Shown here: piece after piece, positions 9,569 through 18,632 of the stretch
Layout of the letters: every line of letters begins with the position of its first letter
Position numbering within the stretch: the first letter of the stretch is position 1
Virus record (IMG/VR): IMGVR_UViG_3300028591_000080
Coordinates: 159,745-223,744 of that record
DNA length: 64,000 bases
Strand: one strand, 5' to 3'
Origin: a virus
Lineage: Duplodnaviria > Heunggongvirae > Uroviricota > Caudoviricetes
Translations under genes and position numbers: made by a program
Notes under the pieces: generated by a model
Database searches by the model: none
Told to the model about the DNA's origin: nothing
What the model saw: the letters and a program-made list of their open reading frames with translations, nothing else

Positions 9569-10450
9569 TTACTTATTAATATACATTTCTCTTGCCTCAT
9601 TTAAAGTGTTTTGAATGCAAGTATTTAATTGAGTAGAGTTATATTTAGATAAATTAGTCACAGTTTTGTTTAAAAGTTCGATTTCTGAGTCATCTAACTT
9701 AAACTTTTTGATAAATTCATCAACTCTTTCCTTAATTAAATATTTTATCTCTTTTCTTACTGCAAATAATGAGAATTCTGTCTTATTAGTCTTCTTATCA
9801 TACTTATAGCAATCAGCAGAACCAATTGCAGCGATGATAATACCCATATCAAACTTGTTTATTCTGAAAAAATCAGCAACAATGTCTGAAACAGAGCATC
9901 CTAATGGATTCTGTCTTGGATCTTCATCATCTGATAATGTATCTAATAATGTCATTTCATTATCGCCCTTAGTATTCGCAATAGTTTTATCTAATCTTGC
10001 TGTGCATAGGTTAGCTTTCTTCTTGTCAAACTTAGCAATACCACCAGTTAATTCATAGAAATGAGTATTGATAACCATATTAATACATTGCTGTGCATTT
10101 AAATATGTTCCATCTTCCTTAGGTTTTTGCCAAGCTCTATACTTACAAGCCTTATTTAATCTAAATAAGAAAATAGATGGAAGAGATTCATAATCAATAA
10201 CTGTAAAGTCTGATGCTGAATAAGTCTTCTTTACATTATTTAGTAAGTTAATCATAGACTTTCTAAATCTAATTGCTAATGCTGCAAAATAAATATTCTT
10301 ATTATATTCATCATTCATATCTAATGCTTCACAATACTTATTTGCTAACATATTAATTTCCTCTGTTGTAGCCTTCTTAGTAAAATCAATACCAAGTGGC
10401 TTTGCTACTTTTAAACATTCATCATAAAAATTCATAAAATATTCCTCCAA
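9569..10450 (-). CDS. hypothetical protein (293 aa)
   Basis: ORF. Confidence 0.5.
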   Translation of the reverse strand: MEEYFMNFYDECLKVAKPLGIDFTKKATTEEINMLANKYCEALDMNDEYNKNIYFAALAIRFRKSMINLLNNVKKTYSASDFTVIDYESLPSIFLFRLNKACKYRAWQKPKEDGTYLNAQQCINMVINTHFYELTGGIAKFDKKKANLCTARLDKTIANTKGDNEMTLLDTLSDDEDPRQNPLGCSVSDIVADFFRINKFDMGIIIAAIGSADCYKYDKKTNKTEFSLFAVRKEIKYLIKERVDEFIKKFKLDDSEIELLNKTVTNLSKYNSTQLNTCIQNTLNEAREMYINK

Positions 10451-10487
10451 TAATAATTTAAATTTTTTGTGTAAAAACTAGCCTACA

Positions 10488-10889
10488 CTAGTTAAAAGTG
10501 TAGGTAGTCTTTTGTGTTGCTTTCTTGTTGTGAGCACGCTTATCTGCAATCTTCTCAATGTCTAAAGTACCATTAGCTAACTTAGCCATATAAGATGCAT
10601 TAAGTCTTATTTGCTTAACAAACTTACCATCTGATGTAGGTCTTTCTAATAAATAGTAATAACCTCTATGATATGCATACTTTGCTCCTGCTCCTTGAAC
10701 AGTTGCAACTCCAATATGTGTTACTGTCCATCCTTCATAAGTATTACCTACATACTTTGAAGTTCTAGGCTTTCTAGCCATTAAATCTCTTGAACCAAAT
10801 TTTCTTGCCATTTTAATCATTCTCCTTTTTCTTTTATATAATACAATTTTTACAAGACTATTTAATATCAAATGCTTTTTGTATAACAT
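10488..10889 (-). CDS. hypothetical basic protein (133 aa)
   Basis: ORF; Lys/Arg-rich, possibly nucleic-acid binding. Confidence 0.4.
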   Translation of the reverse strand: MLYKKHLILNSLVKIVLYKRKRRMIKMARKFGSRDLMARKPRTSKYVGNTYEGWTVTHIGVATVQGAGAKYAYHRGYYYLLERPTSDGKFVKQIRLNASYMAKLANGTLDIEKIADKRAHNKKATQKTTYTFN

Positions 10890-11178
10890 CTAATCCACGT
10901 TTAGTTGTTTTATAATAGTATCTCTGACGTTTATCATCAGTATTAATATATCTGTCTAACAATCCTGCTCTACACATATCTCTTACTTGATGCATCAAAG
11001 GACACTTTGTATTAGGGTAAAGTGTACGTGAAGTTTGAAAATCAAGACACTTTACTAATATCTTAACAAACATCCTCTTTTTATTTATTCTAGTAAATGT
11101 TGCTTCTGTTTCAAACTTAACTCCATTCACCATTCGATAACCATAATAGTGGTCTTGAACTTGATTTAATACAAACAT
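10858..11178 (-). CDS. putative PadR-like winged-helix protein (106 aa)
   Basis: Wing-like motif R-YYYKTTKRG after a helix-turn-helix-like stretch. Confidence 0.35.
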   Translation of the reverse strand: MFVLNQVQDHYYGYRMVNGVKFETEATFTRINKKRMFVKILVKCLDFQTSRTLYPNTKCPLMHQVRDMCRAGLLDRYINTDDKRQRYYYKTTKRGLDVIQKAFDIK

Positions 11179-11247
11179 ATATTATTCCTCCTTTATCTAT
11201 CTTCATATATATTCTATCACATTATTATTGATTTGTAAATACCTATT

Positions 11248-11571
11248 TTAAATATTTTTTATAGAATATATATTATATTTATTAGAAGCAATAGCTTTTA
11301 AGAACCACTCAGTATCATTAGGATTTACTTGAGAGCTGTAAACCATCTTAGCAATTTCTTCAAAGATTGCTGCATTAGAGTTCCAATTGCAACATCTAGC
11401 TTGCTTAGCTCCACCAGTATAATTTACTACTACAAATTCCTCTGTATATCCTTGATCTTTATCCTCTAAAACTAAATATTCAAGACTTGCAATATTACTA
11501 ACTCGACCAGCTACCACCTTAGATAGATCATCGATAAATTTTATCTTTTCTTTTAATGTATCATTCAACAT
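11248..11571 (-). CDS. hypothetical protein (107 aa)
   Basis: ORF. Confidence 0.45.
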   Translation of the reverse strand: MLNDTLKEKIKFIDDLSKVVAGRVSNIASLEYLVLEDKDQGYTEEFVVVNYTGGAKQARCCNWNSNAAIFEEIAKMVYSSQVNPNDTEWFLKAIASNKYNIYSIKNI

Positions 11572-11662
11572 AATATATTCCTCCTGTTTTATTTACAGTT
11601 ATATTATATACCATTTTTATTAATTTGTAAATACTTATTTTATATTTTTTATAAAAAAGTTT

Positions 11663-12064
11663 TTAGTCATCTAATTTAAAATGTTCTAGTATTTTATTTA
11701 CAATATATTCTGCGGCTTCATAGTATTGATTATAGTGGAAAGACTTTGCATTATCATATGCTTCCTCACCATACTTATTATCGCCTGGCCAATCTTCTTG
11801 CATACACACTAAAATCTCATCTGAACCTCTAGCTTCACATACCCAAACATGTAAGAAACCTTTAACTCTATCTTCATTGTCCCAGTCTTCATTACTAATT
11901 GTTAAAGCTAAACCTGACTCACGACAATTATAGAATGGTTCAAGATAGCCTGATAACTTTTTACCATTATCAATATGCCAATCTAGTTTCTCTGTAGCAA
12001 TGCTCCAAACTCTTTCACTAACTTGTAAACTATGTACTTTATAAATACTTCTACCCATAAACAT
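11663..12064 (-). CDS. hypothetical protein (133 aa)
   Basis: ORF. Confidence 0.45.
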   Translation of the reverse strand: MFMGRSIYKVHSLQVSERVWSIATEKLDWHIDNGKKLSGYLEPFYNCRESGLALTISNEDWDNEDRVKGFLHVWVCEARGSDEILVCMQEDWPGDNKYGEEAYDNAKSFHYNQYYEAAEYIVNKILEHFKLDD

Positions 12065-12126
12065 GTCCTCCTATATCTATCTTCATATACATTATAACAC
12101 AAAAAAGGTATTTTGTAAATACCTTT

Positions 12127-12936
12127 TTACCATCTATCTTCATTTTCTTTTGGAATATATTTTCCTAATATATTTGCTCTAACCCATCTCTCAAGAGTTC
12201 CTTTGTTTACTCTCTTTGTCTTACACCATCTGAATTGACCATTATAAATGTTTCCTAGAGATAGATATTGATAATTCTCAGTTTCCTTTTCAAACATTAT
12301 ATAAGAGTAATCATCTGAGTTATTGCGCTTCCAATAATATGTATTATAATCACCTTGAGGAGTGTAGATTAATGTTTTATCAAAAGTTTTTAAAAACTCT
12401 TCCTTCGCAATTCTTTCTTCTTCATCCTTTACTTCACGTGCTGCTTTATCTTCTAGATTGCTAGCTTTATTATAATCATCATTTAATGGTTTGTATTTAT
12501 CTAAATCTTCGTTTAATACTTCTTCAATCATTTCGAAGTTTTCACATAAGATTCCCATCATTAAATACTTATTTCTTTCGCCAATATTAGTTTTATCAAA
12601 TGCACCACATGTTCCTACATTATAAGTTAATGTTCTCTTATTCTCTTCTTCCTTTTTAACTCTAGAGCTCCAAGGACGAGAGATGTGTAATGAAATGTCT
12701 GTACCAAATATTCTTTGCTCTTTTTCATCTAAAAGACCTACCTCAATATAAACATCATCGCCATAATTAAAATTAATTCTAGCGTCAATTTTTAAAGAGC
12801 AAGTGCTCAATGTCTTAAATAAAGTTGTCCACTTTTCTTTTAATTGATCCTGCATAGCTTTCACAGGTTCCCATTTCTTTTGAGCTAATGCTGTAGCTGC
12901 CTCAAGTTGTAATTTTAATTCATCTAATTTTGTCAT
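12127..12936 (-). CDS. hypothetical protein (269 aa)
   Basis: ORF. Confidence 0.5.
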   Translation of the reverse strand: MTKLDELKLQLEAATALAQKKWEPVKAMQDQLKEKWTTLFKTLSTCSLKIDARINFNYGDDVYIEVGLLDEKEQRIFGTDISLHISRPWSSRVKKEEENKRTLTYNVGTCGAFDKTNIGERNKYLMMGILCENFEMIEEVLNEDLDKYKPLNDDYNKASNLEDKAAREVKDEEERIAKEEFLKTFDKTLIYTPQGDYNTYYWKRNNSDDYSYIMFEKETENYQYLSLGNIYNGQFRWCKTKRVNKGTLERWVRANILGKYIPKENEDRW

Positions 12937-13016
12937 AATAAATATTCCTCCTATCTTTATTACAATTACATTATATCACAAAAAAAGAGGTTTGTAAATA
13001 CCTCTTTTAATATTTT

Positions 13017-13205
13017 TTAATAAATTATATCTTCAATTACTTCCCAATCTGAATTCCTATGAGTTACCCAGAAATCATGTTTGTCTGCATCATTCTTATG
13101 TTCTTCATAAAACTTTAATGCTGACTTACGAGTGTAGAAATCTCGAGACTCATAATCTCCATCTTCTTTATACCACAGTACTTCAAATCTAGGTTCTCTT
13201 GGCAT
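13017..13205 (-). CDS. hypothetical protein (62 aa)
   Basis: ORF. Confidence 0.4.
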   Translation of the reverse strand: MPREPRFEVLWYKEDGDYESRDFYTRKSALKFYEEHKNDADKHDFWVTHRNSDWEVIEDIIY

Positions 13206-13220
13206 GTACTAAGTTCCTCC

Positions 13221-13583
13221 TTAAATTACATATGATGTTTCAAAAATCTTTCCTTCATCGAATTCACCGAATGATTGTGTCACAATAATAGTTCTTACTT
13301 CTATTACTAACTCTTTTGTTCCGACAGGAGGTTTTCCAAGCACGTCATAAATATCTTTAATAGATATTGATAATGCATAAGCCTTAGCATCTTCGACGTG
13401 ACTAAAAGTTTTTAGTTCTTTTTCATATTCCAATGGCTCTCTTGTCACATCGCAACCGTACACATAGACACTATACTTAGTGTCATATGCAACGTCGATG
13501 CCTTCTGGAATTACTCTTTCATCCTCTTCATCATCAAAACTAATATCTAGATCTTCATCTTCAGTTATAATTGGTTCTACCAT
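13221..13583 (-). CDS. hypothetical acidic protein (120 aa)
   Basis: ORF. Confidence 0.45.
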   Translation of the reverse strand: MVEPIITEDEDLDISFDDEEDERVIPEGIDVAYDTKYSVYVYGCDVTREPLEYEKELKTFSHVEDAKAYALSISIKDIYDVLGKPPVGTKELVIEVRTIIVTQSFGEFDEGKIFETSYVI

Positions 13584-13585
13584 TT

Positions 13586-14140
13586 TTATTCTCCTGAGGC
13601 TAAAGTATATTTATGTTGATAAAGATAATTAATCATATCTGACACATCATATTTATCTGTATCACATAAGGTCTTTATTGCTGCATAAATACTCTTTGCT
13701 GTTTTTTCATAAGCGATGTTGTCTAAGCATTGTGACTTAATATAATCTACTGCTTCTTCGACAGCTTGCTCTAGAGAGATGTCAGCCTTATAACAAGTCT
13801 TTGCTGAATAAATATCTACATCAACACCTTTAACTGACCAGTCATAATAACCACCGCCAAAGTAACCACTGTGATATTTACCTTTAGCTTTAGATATACC
13901 TACTCTAGCAATGTAAGTCTTAACATTCTTACCACCGCTTCTTGTATAAATATACAAAGATGTATGTTGGTTCTCTTCGTCTGCACCTACTGTAAGTCCT
14001 TTAGGAAGTAACTTCTCAACCATCTCTTTTATATCACGAGCTGCTTCCCAAGAGCTAACTTGCTCACCACATCCATATCTACTAAAAGGCTTTCCAATAT
14101 ACTTCTCATCTAATAATTTCTTAATTTCTGCTGTGTTCAT
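13586..14140 (-). CDS. hypothetical protein (184 aa)
   Basis: ORF. Confidence 0.5.
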   Translation of the reverse strand: MNTAEIKKLLDEKYIGKPFSRYGCGEQVSSWEAARDIKEMVEKLLPKGLTVGADEENQHTSLYIYTRSGGKNVKTYIARVGISKAKGKYHSGYFGGGYYDWSVKGVDVDIYSAKTCYKADISLEQAVEEAVDYIKSQCLDNIAYEKTAKSIYAAIKTLCDTDKYDVSDMINYLYQHKYTLASGE

Positions 14141-14203
14141 AAATCATTCCTCCATTTATTCTACTATTATTATAACATATTTAAATTAAAATGTAAATAC
14201 TTT

Positions 14204-14746
14204 TTAAAAGAATTTTACAATCTTTTTTCCATGACTAGTGCAATGGAACTCTAGATCTTCGGCAGTCTTAGAGCCTTTCTTACAGAACCAAATAGGTCTA
14301 TCTTCACCTTCTCTAGTATAAGCTTGTAATATATCTTTATTAGCTTCCCATTCCTCTTTACTAAAATATCTACGCTTAGAGTGTGAGATATCTACTGTAA
14401 CTCTCTTTTTATTATTTAGTCTCTGAATGTGCTGTCCATATGCACGCTCAATTTGTCTTCCATACTTTTGCCATGTATAACCGTGATTATTACAACCAGG
14501 ACAAGTGTGTAGTAACTCATGGAAGATTGTATTTTCTATCTCTGAGTCTTCACTTAATAATCTACTAATAGAGATTACATGATCATCCTTACCTATATGC
14601 TGACAATAGCCATTACGTCTTTCTGCTGAGTCTGTCTTAAAAACTATATTCTTAGCTATTGGAATATTAATTGCTTCGCACTTGGCAATGCAATCTAACA
14701 CCATCTTTTCTATTTTATTATTTACATCTGATTTAAAAGCATACAT
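14204..14746 (-). CDS. SprT-like zinc metalloprotease-domain protein (180 aa)
   Basis: HExxH motif FHELLH followed by CPGC zinc-ribbon-like cysteines. Confidence 0.5.
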   Translation of the reverse strand: MYAFKSDVNNKIEKMVLDCIAKCEAINIPIAKNIVFKTDSAERRNGYCQHIGKDDHVISISRLLSEDSEIENTIFHELLHTCPGCNNHGYTWQKYGRQIERAYGQHIQRLNNKKRVTVDISHSKRRYFSKEEWEANKDILQAYTREGEDRPIWFCKKGSKTAEDLEFHCTSHGKKIVKFF

Positions 14747-14808
14747 AATTATATTCCTCCTATATTTTATATTTCTATTATATCATATTTAAATTAATTT
14801 GTAAATAC

Positions 14809-15609
14809 CTAGTGTGCAAAAACTGCAGTAATTTTTCCTGTCTTTTTATAACATCTCATGCATTGGTCGCAAGTCACTTTACTTCTAACTCCTGTTTTTA
14901 ATACTGCTGGACAATGAACTAACTTACTTAATCTCTCTACATCTTCATCTAAGAAGTTGTGATTACGTCTATTAGTGCCATCATACTCAAATACATTGAA
15001 TTGTCCAGGGTACTTAGCTAAAAACTCGTCAGCTTCATGGTTCCATTGACTAATATTTATTACGAAGTTGTCTGCAAGTGTTTTACCACTATTTAATAAT
15101 TCTTCTATCACTTCATAGTTCTTAGTATAAATACTGAATATGATTTCAGGATGTTTGATTGCTAGATCGTTCCATCCATTTAATTGTTCTATGTTTTCTA
15201 GCTCACCTGAAGTATTAATTCTAAACTTAGCTATTTTATCTTTCTTAGTTTGTTGAAGAGTAATTGCCTTATCTAATTCTTCGAATAACTTACCACTTCT
15301 TAAAAGTAAAGTATTCTCACTCCAAGCTTTAGCACATCTGTTATGATGCTGTACTAGAGAGTGGAATGCATAGCAAGCAGCAGAGTTAGCACATTGGCTA
15401 CAGTGCTTTGAGCATGTACCTACTACATTAGTAATATAAACCTCTTCACCAGTTAACTTCTTATAATCCTCAGAGTCATGAACTTTCATTGTAGGTCTGT
15501 GCTCTTCATTACCAGGTACGAAGTTGATATTCCATATTGTTCTTCCTAGCTTATCATTGCCGTGACTTAAGTGTAGTCCAGCTTCATTAAAATCATATAT
15601 TGTTCTCAT
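14809..15609 (-). CDS. putative radical SAM / 4Fe-4S protein (266 aa)
   Basis: CSKHCSQC (C-x3-C-x2-C) in the N-terminal third plus additional Cys pairs. Confidence 0.35.
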   Translation of the reverse strand: MRTIYDFNEAGLHLSHGNDKLGRTIWNINFVPGNEEHRPTMKVHDSEDYKKLTGEEVYITNVVGTCSKHCSQCANSAACYAFHSLVQHHNRCAKAWSENTLLLRSGKLFEELDKAITLQQTKKDKIAKFRINTSGELENIEQLNGWNDLAIKHPEIIFSIYTKNYEVIEELLNSGKTLADNFVINISQWNHEADEFLAKYPGQFNVFEYDGTNRRNHNFLDEDVERLSKLVHCPAVLKTGVRSKVTCDQCMRCYKKTGKITAVFAH

Positions 15610-15884
15610 ACCAATACATCTCCTCTGTTTTATTACATTATCATTATACTACAAAAAATAAAAAATGTAAATACTTTTTTGATAAAAATATAAAAAAATA
15701 TTGTATATTATTATATTATACAATTTTATTATATATTATACGCGCGTGTAAAGGGTCGGTATATTATACTAAGTATCTCCCTCGGCAACTAAAAATAATT
15801 AGTCTCTTAAATCACCTAGATTGAAACATGCACTCCGAGATTCAAGGTCCGGAAGTTGCTCGAAAAAATCTGTAAATACTTTGT

Positions 15885-15900
15885 ATAATATAGTGTAAGT
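15885..15900 (+). promoter_or_regulatory. plus-strand extended -10-like element (tttgTATAATat)
   Basis: Read directly; about 200 nt upstream of the plus-strand terminator at 16095-16131. Confidence 0.3.
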
Positions 15901-16094
15901 TCTAATGACTTAGAAAAATACTGAAAAGTAAATTTACTAAGCAGCCATTCCTCCTGGCTGATAGAACTTATAAAACGACTAAGAGCGAGTGATCCTAAAG
16001 ATATAGAATTTTTCTTTATCTATAACTAATAGGTGACTCGGTACTAGTGGTACACTCTTAGGAAGTTTTTCATTCATCTTTCCTCCTTTCTATA

Positions 16095-16131
16095 GAACTA
16101 GACAATTCCTCCTGTCTAGTTCTTTTTTTTT
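16095..16131 (+). terminator. intrinsic terminator on the plus strand (gaactagaca/tgtctagttc stem, 9-nt T-run)
   Basis: Perfect 10-bp stem followed by tttttttttt, read directly. Confidence 0.55.
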
Positions 16132-16354
16132 CGCCTAGAAAATATTTAAAACCCTACCCGTAGCTAACTAAATTATTTTAGTACATTAGCTAGCTCGGTG
16201 GTCCGTGTCTCTCCAGGAAAAACACCAGCCGAATCCACTGTGATTTGGTCCGCTCATCCTCGCGCCAAAATAAAAAAGTACTAAAAACTTTTAGTACTCT
16301 TACTCTCGCGCACGCGCCTGTACACGCACCCAAAACACTGTAAATTGGAAAACG

Positions 16355-16500
16355 CTGTAATGTCCAAATCCCGGCAATTTGGCTGAAAACCAGGTGGATT
16401 CCAAAACCCGGCGATTTCGACCAGGCTAAAATGCAGTAAATTCCAAAACCCGGTAAATTCGGCCTATAAAAACAAAAATCCAAATCCCGGTAAATTCAGG
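16355..16500. repeat. four direct iteron-like repeats (tccaaaWcccggYRaWttYRg) at 35-41 bp spacing
   Basis: Copies at about 16364, 16399, 16440 and 16477; the local GC content is well above the rest of the window. Confidence 0.55.
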
Positions 16501-16514
16501 ACTCGGATTTTTTC

Positions 16515-17351
16515 TTACTCGTAAAAGTGTATGAAACCGTTAAATAAACCTATAAGATCTTTTATAGAATTTATTCTATTATTATAATTACTCCAGTCAA
16601 GCGTGTCGTCAGTATCTTTTAAATGAACAATACATCTAATACCTAGAGAATTAAATGATCTACTAATTCCACTTATACCATTGTCCGCCCATTCACTACC
16701 TTTAACTAATCCACTGTATGGAGCTTTATTATCTTCGTCAAATTCTCTTATAGCATCAGGTCTATAATAAGAATCTAAAATAAATTCTATTCTAATTAAA
16801 TCCTCTTTCAACCCACCAGCATTCTTTACATTAATATTTACTGTAGTACACTCTTCGTCAGTAGACACGCTAGTAATAAAAGCATTTATGTCATACTTGC
16901 TGGTAATTCTATTCTTATTAACTAATAACCACTTATTAAATAATCCTACAAAAGTATAAAAAACTTTTAGATAACATACGACCCATGCTGTGATGTTAAC
17001 CTCATGTCCGAAGGTTATATACTCGTCAGGAGTAATTCGCTGAGCCTTCATCATGTCCTCAGTAACTCTAGTCGGAAGAAGTATGTTAGCATCTACGTCA
17101 TGATCTACGCTCGAGTTAGCCACTGACTGTCCGTTGTTATACCAAGCGTCATAATCGCAAGTCATTCCCGGCAAGTAGTAATCGTTCTTATCTAAGTATT
17201 CATCGAGCGCTGCTAGGACCACGTCGTCCCAGTAGTCGAACATGACCTTCGGCAAGATGCAATCCTGCACGGAGTTGCTGAATCGAGCTCGCAATTCCTT
17301 GTACGGCATCACGTTTCCGGCGAATAGCTTGATGTAATTGTTATTGTTCAT
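16515..17351 (-). CDS. hypothetical protein (278 aa) with a GC-rich 5' third
   Basis: ORF; the composition shifts sharply (5' third GC-rich) against the 30 % background. Confidence 0.5.
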   Translation of the reverse strand: MNNNNYIKLFAGNVMPYKELRARFSNSVQDCILPKVMFDYWDDVVLAALDEYLDKNDYYLPGMTCDYDAWYNNGQSVANSSVDHDVDANILLPTRVTEDMMKAQRITPDEYITFGHEVNITAWVVCYLKVFYTFVGLFNKWLLVNKNRITSKYDINAFITSVSTDEECTTVNINVKNAGGLKEDLIRIEFILDSYYRPDAIREFDEDNKAPYSGLVKGSEWADNGISGISRSFNSLGIRCIVHLKDTDDTLDWSNYNNRINSIKDLIGLFNGFIHFYE

Positions 17352-17489
17352 TGTACACTATCTCCAATCTGTCTCTCGCCTTCGTTAAATTTAGCTAATT
17401 ATTTCTCGGAGGGCGGAAAATTTGCCTATTTCTATATTTCTATATATTCTGATCTATATCTCTGATCTTTTACTCTTCTGTACTCTCTA

Positions 17490-18629
17490 TTACTTTATAT
17501 TCTGTATTATATAGTCTAAGTAAGGAGTTAGTAGTTCTTTATATTTATCTAGAGAGAATTTTGTTTGTAGTCTAGATATATCTACTGCTGTTTTTATTAA
17601 TAATTCTTTTTTTACTTCTAGTAGCTGTGCTTTAGTACTAAAACTAAAATATTTTCCGTAAGTATAGGTAGTTAGCCATAGCCAGTCTCCAGCCCACATT
17701 GTTATTGGTGTTTTTGCTGTTCTTCCTTCTTTAATACCTATACCAGGTTTACTTACTCAAGTATCTGTTATTTTACCTGTAATATCTTTTATTTCTACTA
17801 CGAAAGGTTGTTCGACATGTTTGTGGTGTATTGCTTCTATAAAATATATATTTATATCTACTTTTAATTTATTTATTGCTCCACCATTAACCGTCTTTAT
17901 TAACTGTAATACTGGTTTATAGAATATTAAAGAATTTTTTATTAGATTCTTTATAGCGAGTTTTACTGCTGTAAGTACTTGATCTCTCGGACTAACTCGA
18001 GTTAATACTATATCATTAAAACAGTTTATAAAGCGTTCTATCGTTTCCATCTTGTCGTCATTATCTATTCCGAAATAATATATTCTATCTTTTAATGGCC
18101 ATTTTTCCTGATTATGACGATAAGTTGCATGTTCTACTTCATCATTTCCAAGTTGAATATCTATATTATTTATTTCTATATTTGAGTCGGTAAAGAACTT
18201 ATTTAGCTCTGCATCATTTTTTAATAACTTACTTACTTTATCTCTAGTTTCGTACATCTCCATATAAGAATCATATAAAAGACCACTTACAATCCCATCA
18301 TATTCTTGTACTGTACGTTTTGATGACATTTCTACTTGATCAAGTAGTAAGCCATGTTGTTTTACATATGTATAAGAGTCTTTTTGAATAATTCTTACAT
18401 AGTTTAATATTTTTTGATTAACTTCTATTCCTAAGGTTATTTTTAATTCTACAGGGTGTCCTAAGAAATAAGTACTATATAAAAAGTATTGTGATATTAT
18501 TTCTAATTCTGTTAGGTTTCCTTCAGGAGATAGATCCATTTTTCCAGTTGTAAAAGCTGATTTTAGTTTTGATTGACTGAATACTTCTATCTTCATTTGT
18601 TTCTCCATGTGTCCTTCAGCGAAAGACAA
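17490..18629 (-). CDS. paralog-array member P1, about 379 aa, with one in-frame TGA read as Trp at 17757-17759
   Basis: Track ORFs 17757..18629 and 17490..17699 share a frame and are separated only by the TGA; the fused C-terminus (DKYKELLTPYLDYIIQNIK) matches the C-terminus of paralog P2 (NDYYDLLKPYVGQIINDL). Confidence 0.6.
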
Positions 18630-18632
18630 TTA

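Noticed and set aside
4606-16190. tRNA genes in the larger intergenic gaps (4606-4835, 7646-7861, 15610-16190)
   Set aside because: I found no 7-bp acceptor stem, T-loop GTTCRANYC or anticodon-arm geometry by eye. The stem-loops present are AU-rich palindromes or terminators. A tRNAscan run on the full genome would still be worthwhile.
16190-16483. Minus-strand ORF of 97 aa
   Set aside because: It lies entirely within the iteron and GC-rich non-coding hub, has no RBS, and its composition is repeat-driven (PGFGI repeated). I take it as an artefact of translating the repeats.
16355-16500. Iteron repeats as a CRISPR array
   Set aside because: There are only four imperfect 20-nt repeats with 15-20 nt between them. 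The sizes are irregular and there are no cas genes or leader. They fit origin or binding-site iterons better.
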